Source of the DNA: Octopus vulgaris
Taxonomy: Eukaryota
Length of the DNA stretch: 64,000 nucleotides
Direction: 5' to 3'
Assembly (NCBI GenBank): GCA_951406725.2
Contig: OX597820.1
Location: 13,392,001 to 13,456,000, forward strand
Made by a program: the position numbers and the translations under genes. Below the pieces are notes generated by a model. That model saw only the letters and a program-made list of their open reading frames with translations. It ran no database searches and was not told the DNA's origin. Of the stretch, positions 11,891 to 26,534 are shown in pieces. Every line of letters begins with the position of its first letter. Within the stretch, counting starts at the first letter, position 1.

Positions 11891-12190
11891 AAGGTGGCGA
11901 GCTGGCAGAATCGTTAGCACGCTGGACGAAATGCTTAGCGTACCAGTTGCAAATAAGTACGCAAAATAAGTACGCAATACTGGGATGGACGTAACTGACC
12001 ACCCCGCTCCCACGAACATTTCAGTCCTTGTGTCTATAGCAGAAGGGATTATTATTAATCTGCCTCGGTGATTGGCAGGTAGAATCGTTACTGCACCGAA
12101 CAAAATGCTAAGCGGCATATCGTCCGTCCTTGTGTTGTGAGTTCAAATTCCGCCGAGGTCGACTTTGTCCCCCTCCCACGAAATTTCAGG
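11891..12190 (+). mobile_element. Two internally deleted SINE-B1 copies
   Basis: Head aaggtggcgagctggcagaatcgttagcacg...gaaatgcttagcg followed by tail segments; a second, more diverged head starts near 12070. Confidence 0.7.
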
Positions 12191-12275
12191 GATACGTACA
12201 TAAACACGTGCATATTCGCATGCATATATGTAAATATCTGCTTTTGTGTGTATATATATGTGTGTGTTTGTGTGT

Positions 12276-12655
12276 AGAGACGCAATATCCCAGTTGTTAG
12301 GGCAGCGGACTCGCGGTCTAGGATCGCAGTTTCGATTCCAAGACCGGGCTTTGGGAATATCTATTGAGTGAAAACATCTAAGGTTCCACGAGGCTCCGGC
12401 GAGGGGTGATGGCGAACCCTGCTGTACTCTGTCACCACAACTTTTTCTCACTCTTTCTTCCTGTTCCTATTGTACCCGCATTTCAAAGGGCCAGCCCTGT
12501 CACACTCTGCGTCGCGCTGAATCTTCCCCCGGGCACTACGTTAAGGGTACACGTATCTGTGGAGTGCTCAGCCACTTACACGTTAATTTCATGAGCAGGC
12601 TGTTCCGTTGATCGGATCAACTGGAACCCTCGTCGTTGTAACCGACAGAGTGCCA
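12276..12655 (+). mobile_element. SINE family C, full length
   Basis: tRNA-like head. Tail has the stem-loop gttcc-gttgatc-g-gatcaac-t-ggaac and ends cgacagagtgcca, reminiscent of the RTE end at 54120-54150. Confidence 0.8.
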
Positions 12656-12674
12656 TGAATATATATATATATAT

Positions 12675-12879
12675 TGCATTAAGTACTACAAAACGTACAC
12701 GTAGAACTGACACTTACTAGAACCCTGATACCTCATCGGTTAGTGTCGCCGATATACGAAGTTCCTAGTCCTATCGTAAAAGGCACGAAACTGAGTATTA
12801 GTATTTTTCGGTCAATAACTGATGAAGTATTAGGGTTCTGGTGTTTGTCCTACATGCAAGTTGTGTAGTATTTAATGCA
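12675..12879. mobile_element. Old fold-back element or MITE with ~70-bp imperfect inverted arms
   Basis: 12717-12742 pairs with 12816-12841, and pairing extends outward to tgcattaagtactaca / tgtagtatttaatgca. Confidence 0.65.
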
Positions 12880-13163
12880 TTTTCATATGTGGAATAACTG
12901 AACGCCACGCATCCCGACTTTGGTTGTAGAACAAACAACAAATTTAAGGTCATCCACTTAACATATCACATCTCGAACATTTAATCACACATAAAGAAAA
13001 ATAATGCTTTTTCTTATACATAGAATACGGATGCACAAAATCACAAAAGATGAAACAATATTTCATGTATACAGGCATATAAAAAAGTGAGTACTCATCT
13101 TCTTGAGCACTTCTGTTGGAGTCCTATTAACCCTCTTGTTCCTAATAAGAAACAATCACTATT

Positions 13164-13239
<76 letters not shown>

Positions 13240-13325
13240 CATACACACATATATATATACATATACATATACATACACACACACACATATATATACATAT
13301 ATACATTATATATATATAAATATAC

Positions 13326-13541
13326 ATTCAAAATGTGACAGCGTGTGTACCGTTGGCGATTTTTCCCCCCTTCTTCCCTTCTCTGGATCTTTCCTTTCCC
13401 TATGTTTCTGACGAAGAGCTCCGCTCGAAACGTAAAACCCTCCTTCTTCCCTTCCTTCTTGTGCGTCCAATAATACTATATTTGTTCCACGTCCTCGCGT
13501 TGTTGTGTTTTCTCTTTGTGTTTTCATGTTTGGATTAACTT
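13326..13541 (+). mobile_element. Penelope-like short element in (TA)n with intact minimal hammerhead
   Basis: Flanked by TA-rich repeats. Homologues at 3331-3549 and 43175-43352. Confidence 0.7.
13404..13438 (+). ncRNA. Minimal type I hammerhead ribozyme with canonical core
   Basis: GTTT-CTGACGA-A-GAGC-TCC-GCTC-GAAA-CGTA-AAAC: CUGANGA and GAAA cores, stems I and II, palindromic ACGT stem III, GUA cleavage site. Confidence 0.7.
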
Positions 13542-14813
13542 TATATATATATATACACCCGTAAGCATAAATATTTGTAAAGAGGAACGTTTCTTTTTGA
13601 CATGTGGTACATTTAGGTTGTTGAAGCAGTTAAGTCCTTAAGTACATCATCAAAGTTTTTCGACCTCCGTACTTTCATTTTGTATCACAACTTATTTAAA
13701 TTTGCCACTGCTAATGTCATTGATTTGAATGTTATCGCTGGAATTTGCATATTTTACCATTAAATTCCCCGTCGTAATCCCCCTGTATTGTTCTAAGGCT
13801 TATCGATTGGTTCCTAAGAATACTTGTTGATTTTATGCCTATGTTACTCCGCAGATTTCTTCGTCTGGGTAGCACAATCTAAATGATTTTCTAAGTACGG
13901 AGGATAGCATTGACATTTTGTATCTGTGGACTTTTGTTGTATCCATGTGCGTATATGCGTTTATTTGTGCTTTTGGTTTAAAATGAATGTGCTTTCTGTC
14001 ATGGGTTTTTTTTTATATCCTGGAGTTGGATAAATAATTTAACGAAGCAGAGAGAAAGAAAGTATTCACACGACGCCAATACGATTACTTTAACGAGGTT
14101 AAACGCTCTCTACCAACGGCTCACAGTGAACTGCCAACAATCAATTGCTCACAGTTCTTTATTTTATAGCAATGAGTCAGTCTACTTTTAGTCACATGGG
14201 GATTGTTGGAATCATTCCACAACATGTTTACATCTACGACCGGAGCTGTTGTATTGCTTTGAGTTTTATTTGTACTGTTGTCAATATTGAATACAAAGTT
14301 CTTTTGACGATCTCTTTCATTTTCGCAACATCTCGTATTTCTGTTACAACGAGCGTAAAGTTCTTGCAAAAATTAGCGAGTATGCCGCATGATTACGTTT
14401 TGGTTTCACATTGTTCTTTATTACAGGAACCGTAAAACTTGGCTGACATGTTGTCCCGTGAGAAAAACTAATGCTTCTTCCAGCTTCTTGCTTAGAAAAT
14501 TTGATTTATGGACAGAGAACAAGCACTTCTGTTTTACAGTAGAACACTAGTAATTTCATTACTAAGTTTTATCTTTGTATATATTTGAATATAAACGTAA
14601 AAATGTGAATATGGTAACAAATATAACCTCGGGATAGAGATCAGGAAGATTCTTCCGTTTATGAATATTCTTCTGTAAATATTATTGTGTTCGTGTATCT
14701 ACCTTATATATCAATGTGTATTCATGTCTGTATATTGTATATCTGTATGCAAACCTTAAAACGCCCGGTCATATATGTGTATATGCATACATGTATGCAT
14801 GTGTGTGTGTGCG

Positions 14814-14846
<33 letters not shown>

Positions 14847-14885
14847 GCAGATACATTTATATATATATATACACATATACATATG

Positions 14886-14918
<33 letters not shown>

Positions 14919-15046
14919 ACACACACACACATATATACCTGTAGATATATGTGTGTGTATGTATGTATATATGTATCTATATCTATATGTATGTCTATGT
15001 ATTATATGTATAAACATGTATCTATCAATCCATCTATCTATCTATC

Positions 15047-15082
<36 letters not shown>

Positions 15083-15117
15083 CAGCTCAGAGCTGCGGCC
15101 ATGCTGATGCACCGCCG

Positions 15118-15165
<48 letters not shown>

Positions 15166-15516
15166 CTGAATATATAATCACAGTTACATGAGCACGTGCA
15201 TGATATATGTAGGCACGTGTAAGTATGCCTGCCGGTTTGTGTAAATAATAGTTGTTGTGTGTATATGTGTGTGTGTGCGTGCGTGCGTGTGTGTGTGTGC
15301 GTGCGTACGTGCGTGTATATCTGTGCGTATGTACCAATGTATGTATGTATGCATATAAAATATAACCAATCACCCTTAGCTTTGCTCGACTAATCCAGTT
15401 TCCAAACATATTCTCTTCCATCCTACCATTTTCTTTCTTCCTCCAACGTCCTACTTCTCCTCTCCACACACGTTAGTCTCTCTCTCTCTCTCTCTCTCTC
15501 GCTCTCTCTCGCTCTA

Positions 15517-15548
<32 letters not shown>

Positions 15549-15639
15549 TCTCTCCCTCTCTCATCATTTCGTCCTTTTTTACAAACAGCAGCAACAATTA
15601 TGAATTTTTGTAACCAATAAATTCCACGCACGCTCGTAC

Positions 15640-16155
15640 TCAAACACACTCATACACATACATACACACATACACACATACACACACACACACACACGCA
15701 CACATACATATATACACATGCCTCTCACATATATATACACATGCCTCTCACATGTACACACACACACACACACACACGCATATATATAAACATAAGCCTC
15801 ACACACGTACACATACACATATATATACACAAGCCTCATACACACACATATATATACACAAGCTTCACACACGTATGCGCGCACACACACACACACTCCC
15901 ACACATACACACACATATATACACAAACCTCACACACGTACGCACACACATATACACACATATATATATATATATACACACACATATACACACATATATA
16001 CACAAACCTCACACACGTACGCACAAACATACAAACACACAAACCTCACACACACACATATATATATACACATGCCTCACATACATACACACACATATAT
16101 ACACAAGTCTTACACACGTACGCACACACACACACTTACGCACACACACACACGT

Positions 16156-16198
<43 letters not shown>

Positions 16199-17015
16199 CA
16201 CACATGCCTCACATACACACACACACATATATACACAAGCATTACACACGTACGCACACACACACACTTACGTAACACACACACGTACGCACACACACAC
16301 ACACGCACACATACACACACATATATATATATATATATACACATGTCTCATACATACACACACATATATACACAAACCTCACACACGTACGCACACACAC
16401 ACACTTACGCACACACACACATACACACGTACGCACACACACACACGTACGCACACATACACACACACATATATATATATATATACACATGTCTCACATA
16501 CATACACACACATATATACACAAACCTCACACACGTACACACACACACACACTTACGCACACACACACATACACACGTACGCACACACACACACACACGC
16601 ACACATACACACACACATATATATATATATATACACATGTCTCACATACATACACACACATATATACACAAACCTTACACACGTACGCACACACACACAC
16701 ATACATACACACACATATATATATATATACACATGTCTCACATACATACACACACATATATACACAAGCCTTACACACGTACGCACACACACACACTTAC
16801 GCACACACACACACACGCACACACACACACACACACGCACACATACACACACACATATATATATATATATACACATGTCTCACATACATACACACACATA
16901 TATACACAAACCTCACACACGTACACACACACACACACTACACACACACACACACATACACATACACACACACATATATATATACACACATGCCTCACAC
17001 ACATACACACACAGA
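15640..17015. repeat. Compound (CA/TA) minisatellite with higher-order units of roughly 100-150 bp
   Basis: Recurrent landmarks aacctcacacacgtacgc, cttacgc and catgtctcac embedded in CA/TA repeats. Confidence 0.9.
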
Positions 17016-17329
17016 CCATTCTTACGTAAAATCCAATAAAACACATTCGCTTTCATTTTCTTTCAGATATTTATTTTACTTGTTTTTGTTGCTATTGTTT
17101 GTTTTTTTTTATTATTATTTCTCAATTCTTCCTTTGTTTGTTTGTTTTTTTTATTTACAATCGCATTGTTACTTTTTGTTTATTGTTGTTGTACGTATTG
17201 TTTTTTGTTTTTTTTTTGTTTTTCGTTTAATTTTTTCTATTTCCTTCACAGATCGAACTTTTGACAAATCTATTGATTTGAGATAAATTATATTTATTAA
17301 TATTGACGTTGATGATGTAGCGCTTACTC

Positions 17330-18389
17330 TGATGGTGATGGTGGTGGTGGTGGTGATAGTGGTGGTGGTGGTGGTGGTGGTGGTGGTGGTGGTGGTGGTG
17401 GTGGTGGTGGTGGTGGTGGTGGTGGTGGTGGTGGCGGTGGTAGTTGTGGTGGTGGTGGTGGTGGTGGTGGTGGTGGTGGTGGTGGTGGTGGTGGTGGTGG
17501 TGGTGGTGGTGGTGGTGGTGGTGGTGGTGGTGGTGGTGGTGGTGGTGGTGGCGGTGGTGTTGTGGTGGTGGGTGGTGGTGGTGGTGGTGGTGGTGGTGGT
17601 GGTGGTGGTGGTGGTGTGGTGGTGGTGGTGGTGGTGGTGGTGGTGGTGGTGGTGGTGGTGGTGGTGGTGGTGGTGATGGTGGTGGTGGTGATAGTGGTGG
17701 TGGTGGTGGTGGTGGTGGTGGTGGTGGTGGTGGTGGTGGTGGTGGTGGCGGTGGATGAGGTGGTGGTGGTGGTGGTCGTGGTCGTGGTCGTGGTCGTGGT
17801 GGTGGTGGTGGTGGTGGTGGTGGTGGTGGTGGTGGTGATAGTGGTGGTGGTGGTGGTGGTGGTGGTGGTGGTGGCGGTGGTGGTGGCGGTGGATGAGGTG
17901 GTGGTGGTGCTGGTGGTGGTGGTGGTGATGGTGGTGGCGGTGGTGTTGGTTGTTGTGGTGGTGGTGGTGGTGGTTGTGGTGGATGAGGTGGTCGTGGTCG
18001 TGGTCGTGGTTGGTGGTGGCCGCGGCGGAGGCAACGCTGATGGTGGTGCTGGTGGTTATTTTTGTATCGGCGGTGTTGGTGCTGATGGTGATAGTGATAC
18101 TGGAGGTGGTGGTGGCGGAGGTGGAAGTGGCGCTGGTGGTGCTGGTGCTGATGATGATGATGATGATGATGATAATGACAGTGGTAATGCTGGGGTGGGG
18201 GGTGTGGTGGTGATGGTGGTGGTGATGCTGGTAGTGTTGTTGATGATGACGTTAACGGTGATGGTGGCGCTGGTGGTGGTGGCGTTGGTGGTGGTGGCGT
18301 TGGTGGTGGTGGTGGTGGTGGTGGTGGTGGTGACGGTTGTATAGGTAGTGGTGGTTGAGGTGGGGGTGGGGTGGGTGCTGGTAGTGGCC

Positions 18390-18421
<32 letters not shown>

Positions 18422-18600
18422 AACGCTGATGGTGGTGCTGGTGGTTATTTTTGTGTCGGCGGTGTTGGTGCTGATGGTGATAGTGATACTGGAAGTGGTG
18501 GTGGTGGGGGGGGTTGATGCTGCTGCTGATGATGATGACGATGACGGTGATGATGCTGGAGGTGGTGGCGTTGGTGGTGGTGGTGGTGGTAGTTGTGTTG
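17330..18600. repeat. (GGT)n triplet tract with degenerate GGT/GAT/GGC extension
   Basis: Long GGT run. An internal ~100-bp duplication links ~18020-18120 and ~18385-18500. Confidence 0.95.
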
Positions 18601-19148
18601 GTAGTTATTGCTGTAATTGTGTTCTTTGTTTTCTATAAGTTACTATTTCAATGTTTTATTGATATTAACATTATTATTGTTATCATTTATTTATTATTAT
18701 TGTTGCAGGTGTTGTTGTTGTTATTGTTGTCGTTGTTGTTATATTGCCGTCGTGGTTCCGTCTTCTTTTTTTTTTCTTTTTTGTAACCGTTTTTCTTTTT
18801 CGTTTTTTCGACACGCACTTCGATTTTTATAATTTAATCGTTACATCTTGATAAATAGATCAAAGGATATACTTTCTAAATAAATATTTGTACATAAGTC
18901 TTTATATAATCACACACACATATATACACGCATATACATACATATCCATAAGATCTTAAATGTGTACATATATGGGAGTGAGAGGGTGTATGAAGTAGAA
19001 TTACGTTCGCTAATACATACATATTCATACATTGATTATGTGTGCGTATATATATCTATATATCTATATATATATATATATATGTGTGTGTATGTATACA
19101 TATATATATATGTATGTATGTATATATATATATGTATAGTATGGATAC

Positions 19149-19215
<67 letters not shown>

Positions 19216-19619
19216 TGCTTGTATGTATGTATTTATAAGTATGTATATACAGTTTCTTTATTAGAATCTTTAGGTAACTTTCGTCAACTCATAAACATAA
19301 AAATATAATTCACATTTGTATTAGACTAATATATTATTCAATCTACAACAAAACCAAATACTTTAATACATTTTTATTATACAAAGGTCATAAAAGATTA
19401 ATATCCTTCAAGATAGTTTACTGTTTAGTAATCATCCTGTATGCCATCACATTTATTTCTGCATCTATTAGTATACTTTCTTCTCAAAGAAATTTTTCAT
19501 TAACTTGGATCAATTTGCTCTTCTTCAGATCTGAAATTAAATTTTGGGTTATCGAGACGCTTTTTAAAATCACCTTCACTCATTCCGATGTAATTGTTTC
19601 CGCCTTTCTTTCGTTAATA

Positions 19620-19928
19620 CTCTTTTACTTGTTTCAGTCATTTAACTGTAGCCATGCGGGAGTACCACCTTTAGTCGAGCAAATCGACCCCGGGACTTAT
19701 TCTTTGTAAGCCTCGTACTTATTCTCTTTTGCCGACCCACTAAGTTACAGGAACGTAAACACACCAGCATCGGTTGTCAAGCGATGTTGGGGGGAAAACA
19801 CAGGCACACAAACATATACACGCACATACATATATACATTCAACGGGCTTCTTTCAGTTTCCGTCTACCAAATCCACTCAGAAGGTTTTGGTCGGCCTGA
19901 GGCTATAGTAGAAGACAATTGCCCAAGG
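19620..19928 (-). mobile_element. SINE family A, 5'-truncated
   Basis: Reverse-complement match to the family-A body and tail. Confidence 0.8.
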
Positions 19929-20267
19929 TATTTTTTTTAATACTTTCTAGGTATGTAGCGTTAAATCTGTGGAGCAGTGTTTCTCAACCGGCATTCCATA
20001 TATATATATATATATGTACATATGTATCCATACTAACATATATATATATATATACATACATATATATATATATATATGTATACATACACACACATATATA
20101 TATAGAGATATATAGATATATATACGCACACATAATCAATGTTGAATATGTATGTTTCGCAAAAGGTTCTTAGGAGTTCCGGGAGGAAGAGTGAGATATA
20201 CTAATGCGAATTTCATGACCGCAATATATTATTGGTTATTGTAATATTATAATATAGGCATCATCCT

Positions 20268-20445
20268 TTAGCACACCAGGACGAAATGCTTAGCGGTATT
20301 TCATCTCTCTTTACGTCCTGAGTGCAAATTACCTTTCATCCTTTCGGGGTCGATAAAGTTGTGCACCAGCTGTGCACTGGGGTCGATCTAATCGGCCGGC
20401 CCCTTCCCAAAAATGTCGAGCCTTGTGCCTATAGTAGAAACGAAT
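20268..20445 (+). mobile_element. SINE-B1, partial
   Basis: cgaaatgcttagcggtatttc...cctttcatcctttcggggtcgataaa...ccttgtgcctatagtagaaa. Confidence 0.75.
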
Positions 20446-20532
20446 AGAGGCATCACCTATCTAACCTGTTACATTATCAAAAAACATAACCGTCTGTAGT
20501 GATGTCTGTAATTCATGGATACCCTATAGAAA

Positions 20533-20666
<134 letters not shown>

Positions 20667-20697
20667 ATTATATATATATATATATACATATATATAT

Positions 20698-20825
20698 AGT
20701 GAGAATTTACAAAAAAGACAAAAGACGATGTATTAGTTTAAGGCTCGGGAAGTGAGAAAGTCTTTTACGTTTCGAGCCTACGCTCATCAACAGAAAGGAA
20801 CACAGAAATATGCAGAGAGAGAGAG

Positions 20826-20830
<5 letters not shown>
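20698..20830 (-). mobile_element. Penelope-like short element in (TA)n, second copy of the CUGUUGA hammerhead
   Basis: Reverse complement of 20761-20797 reads CTTT-CTGTTGA-T-GAGC-gtag-GCTC-GAAA-CGTA-AAAG. Confidence 0.6.
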
Positions 20831-20867
<37 letters not shown>

Positions 20868-20995
20868 TTCTCTCTTAAAATTAACTAAATTAGCATAGAA
20901 TAATGGTCATATATTTTTATAATTAAAGTCTAAATTGTTAATGTATGGGTGCGAAAGAGATAATTGAATAACTATAAATCTATTTGGGGCCACCC

Positions 20996-21051
<56 letters not shown>

Positions 21052-21105
21052 TAGAGAGAGAGACATACACACACGTATTATATAGACAGACAGACCGACG
21101 GATAT

Positions 21106-21185
<80 letters not shown>

Positions 21186-21794
21186 CCGATGAGCTTCTAC
21201 GCAGTTCCATCTACTAAATTCACTCACAAGACTCTAGTAAAAGACTCTTGACAAAGGTCCAACGCAGTGGTATTAAATTCGAAACGATGTGGCTGCGAAG
21301 CGATCTCCTTAACCACGCAGCATACCCATGCCTATATCAGCCATTTTTAATGTAACCGTAGCTGTCATTGCTCCATAGCTGGTTGGAAAATTATTTTTCC
21401 ATTAATACTAAAAATTCCTAACTTTAATGGATATAGCGAATCAGTACGGAACCAATTCTCCCCGTGGTTCTGGGTGGTTTGTGCTGACCGAAGACTAAGC
21501 ATTAGTAACAGTACTAGCATCAATAGCAATGGTATGAACTTGAAAATGTGTTGTACTAAAGCGATGCTGACATTTTAAAACTAACCGGAAGTTACCGCTC
21601 TTCGAATGTTAACTTTAAGTCAGATACATGAAAATTACAAAGAATTAAACCGGTTTGTCCATAATACGGGCTTCTGACTGTCACACAAAAGAAAGTAGAG
21701 AGAGGAAGGACTCTCGCCTAGGTCTTTCTCATCCAAAATACTGAGAAGAGTTACAAGAATTACAGCTTGATAGAGTCAGTAGCAAAATATATGT

Positions 21795-22060
21795 TTCAAG
21801 TTTTAGCACAAGGTCAGCAGTTTTGGGGCGGTTGTAAGTCGATTACAAGGGGCTAAACACAGAGGGGACAAACAAAGACAGACAAAGGGATTAAGTCGAT
21901 TACATCGACTCCAGTGCTTAACTCGTACTTATTTTATCTACCCCGAACGGATGAAAAGCAAAGTCGACCTCGGCGGAATTTGAACTCAGAGCGTAAAAAT
22001 GGACGAGATGCCGCTAAACATTTTGCCTGGCGTGTTAACGATTCTGCCAGCTCACCGCCT
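21795..22060 (-). mobile_element. SINE-B hybrid: B2 tail segment followed by a B1 tail
   Basis: Full head. A 13-bp direct repeat, taagtcgattaca, flanks the B2-specific tail segment. Confidence 0.75.
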
Positions 22061-22142
22061 TGTCATCACCAAAATATAGAAACAAGGATTGGTCTCAACT
22101 AATAAGCATAAAGACTGGAATGAAGCGGATTTCGAAACACTC

Positions 22143-22361
22143 TTTATTCTTTTACTCTTTAACTTGTTTCAGTCATTTGAATGCGGCCATGCTGGAGCAC
22201 CGCGTTTAGTCGAACAAATCGACCCCAGGATTTATTCTTTGTAAGCCTAGTACTTATTCTATCGGTATCTTTTGCCGCACCGCTAAGTTACGGGGACGAA
22301 AACACACCAGCATCGGTTATCAAGCGATGTTGGGGGGACAGACAGACACACAAACACACAC

Positions 22362-22417
<56 letters not shown>

Positions 22418-22577
22418 GACGGGCTTCTTTCAGTTTCCGTCTACCAAATCCACTCACAAGGCTTTGGTCGGCCCGAGGCTATAATAGAAGACACTTGCCC
22501 AAGGTGCCATGCAGTGGGACTGAACCTGGAACCATGTGGTTGGTAAGCAAGCTACTTACCACACAGCCACTCCTGTT
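22143..22577 (-). mobile_element. SINE family A, full length
   Basis: Near-consensus reverse-complement copy with internal (TA)n. Confidence 0.9.
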
Positions 22578-22694
22578 CATTCTTTACTTAGAAACAGGAT
22601 ATAGAAATAATGTATAGGGAATAAGATTATAAAATAATAGACAATATATCTCCTGTGTCAAAATTATCTAAATATAACTAGATTGAAAGAAGTT

Positions 22695-23365
22695 CATGGT
22701 TTATTTGGGTTTGGATTTATCAGCGACACCCAAGAGGTATTTGGTTGCGGCTGGGAATGGAAACCGGGTCACAGGATTTATTTACGGAAAACAGCAATCT
22801 ACTTTAATGCACTTTCAATTAATCGATAATCATTATAAACAGAGTTAGCGCCGTTTCATTGTACTTTGTTTTTTTTATTCGGGTAAAAACACCAAAGATC
22901 ACCATTTTTTGCCATATAACAACATCCAACCAAACTTTGATGGAAAGGGAAACTATAATAAAAGTAACGACATAATAGGAGAGAAAATAGACAAAAAAAC
23001 GAATTCTATAAAAACAAGCATAGAAATAAACAAGCAAAAATATAGTGAATGGGGTAAAAAGAGAGAAAAGGGAGGGAAAAGAAATAAAAGAAAATGGCGG
23101 AAAAAATAACGAAAACAGAAAACTAGACAACAGAGAGACATGGCGGAATGTAATAAAAAAAAATAATAATACGACGACGCGTAGATAGACAAGTGGAGAT
23201 GAAAAGTAACGATTTGGTGAAGAAGGGAGTCTAATTGACACAGAAATAGAAAGAGATGCAGAGGAAACGGTAACCCTAATTCTAAAATACAGAAGCCAAT
23301 GGGGGCAAAAGCCAGCAAAGCCAAAGAAATGGAAGAAGAGGCGGATTGATTGTGCTAACAAGACA
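22695..23365 (+). mobile_element. Probable 5' fragment (UTR plus decayed Lys/Glu-rich N-terminus) of an ORF1-type element
   Basis: Strong purine strand bias resembling the N-terminal coding regions at 53400-54030 and 26596-26970. No diagnostic motif retained. Confidence 0.35.
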
Positions 23366-23519
23366 TTTAGTATTATCCATACGTACGCATACGTGCTTAC
23401 ATACATACATACATACATACGCTATTTACTTTTCTATCTCTTCTACTTTCTCCATCCCTCTCTCCACGCACACTCACCTTCTATCCGTCTCCCTCTCCCT
23501 GTCTGCCTCTGTGTGTGTA

Positions 23520-24600
<1,081 letters not shown>

Positions 24601-25134
24601 GTTTCCTTCCGATTATCTTTAGATGTAAAAGTTAAAGACCAGAACCAAAACGCACACAAAATAGATCAACATCTAAGAATCTCTTTCTCATTCGTTAGTG
24701 ATTATATTTAGGTCGATCTTGCTTACCATTTGACTTCCATCAGTAACACTGATCCGGCTATTGAATGGAACAATCTATTTATTGGACACTCAGGCCTTAC
24801 ACAGTATTTATTCACGGCTTCCATCTTGTTATTAAACCTCAATACCACTCCAGCCTCTTTCTTTTATTTTTATTATATATTTCACGAAATTATTCCTAGT
24901 CGGTTGTCATAAGACAAGTCGGGAGTGTACTAAATAAATACCGCCGTCATGTGAAAGAGGGACTTAAAATAACAAACAATTTTTATATCAACAAACATTA
25001 AATGTGTACAGTGGTATTAGAGACACTTGTAATGTTACTATGTCGGATAAAGACGATGATGGCGCTGTTTGTGGTACTGGTGGTGGGGTGAGGATGATAT
25101 TAAGGCACACATATATACTTATATACATACATGC

Positions 25135-25428
25135 GTGTGTGTTTGTGTATGTATGTATGTATGTGTATGCATGTATACACAAATATATGTATATATACTT
25201 ATATACATACAAATATATACTATGACCCCTTGTGTTTATGTGTATGTACATACATACATGCGTGTATGTATGGATGGATGGAAGAATGTGTATACATGTA
25301 TATACAAATATATATATATATACTTATATACATACAAATATATACTACGACCCCTTGTGTTTATGTGTATGTACATACATACATGCGTGTATGTATGGAT
25401 GGATGGAAGAATGTGTATGCATGTATAT

Positions 25429-25459
<31 letters not shown>

Positions 25460-25500
25460 CTTATATACATACAAATATATACTACGACCTTGTGTGTGTG
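25135..25500. repeat. Tandem triplication of a ~125-bp microsatellite-derived unit
   Basis: Repeated tacttatatacatacaaatatatacta(t/c)gacc(c)cttgtgt (three times) and gatggatggaagaatgtg (twice). Confidence 0.85.
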
Positions 25501-26384
25501 TGTCTGTGTGTGTACGAATGATGAAACGTCATTACCGTTGGTTTGCCATAAATAAAAATGTTTTAATTCATATTTTCTAATCGATTGATCGATTTATGCT
25601 GATGCAGACACCCCCCTCGCTAGTTGGAAACACTTTACCCCCCCCCCACTCTACATCGCCAGCTTTATTGTTATATTCTTAAAACTTCTTCTGTGATGGG
25701 TTCAAACGGTAACTTTTCCTCCAAGACGTATTGCAATATCTAAATTGAAATTACGTTGGTGTAAACATTGTATGTCAACATATACCAGGCCTATATCTTG
25801 ATTAAATTCGATTTGCTTTTGCGAGTGCGTAGAAAGGAGTTGGGGAGTAATTCACCTTTATTCGTGTTCTACATTCATTTTGTGATTTATCAGAATATTT
25901 TGAAGGTGTTATACCTGGACTCACATCTGCCACGAGCCCTTGGACTCATAAGGCTGGAGCTAATGTTGGTTTCCATAGCGTATAACTGACTGAGATTGCA
26001 ACGCTCCCTCCTGAACTGGACGCTAGTCTGTCGTAGAGTTAATTCCCTAACTGCGGTTGCAACTCATTGATGGTGTTCAACAAGCCGAGGAAAAAGACTG
26101 CTGGTCGGAAGTAAGATTCAAAAATAAAGAGAAAAATAATAACGACTACCAGCCCAACGTGAAATGAAACAACGTGAAATGAAGTGTTTTGCTTCAGAGC
26201 ACAGCGTATCGCCTTGTCACGAAATCGAAACTACGATCTTACGGTCATGGGCACGATGCCCTAACAACCAGACCATGCACCTTCACTTTGAAGGTATTAT
26301 TTTGAATGTATCATTATTACATTATTTACATTTGACGGATATTTGTCCTCATCTTGTTTGTTAACACATTTCGGCTGATGGTAT

Positions 26385-26398
26385 GATTATCATCATTA

Positions 26399-26429
<31 letters not shown>

Positions 26430-26530
26430 TATTATTATTATTTTTATTATTATTATTATTCAGGTCACTGCCTGGAATCGAACTCAGAATCTTGGGGTTA
26501 GTAGCACGCGCTCTTAAACACTACGCCATA
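26385..26530 (-). mobile_element. Very short tRNA-derived retrocopy with (AAT)n tail
   Basis: Reverse complement reads tatggcgtagtgtttaagagcgcg...gagttcgattccaggcagtgacctg, with A and B boxes followed directly by (aat)n. Confidence 0.65.
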
Positions 26531-26534
26531 TTTT

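Noticed and set aside
15579-18786. Long ORFs (up to 432 aa) of poly-HT/YI, poly-Pro, poly-Thr, poly-Val and poly-His
   Set aside because: They are translations of CA/TA and GGT microsatellites that lack stop codons by composition and are open in several frames on both strands. The same applies to ORFs at 23346-24700 and 56637-57702.
20980-21000. Mariner-like terminus (minus strand cagggtggccccaaa)
   Set aside because: No matching opposite terminal repeat was found nearby.
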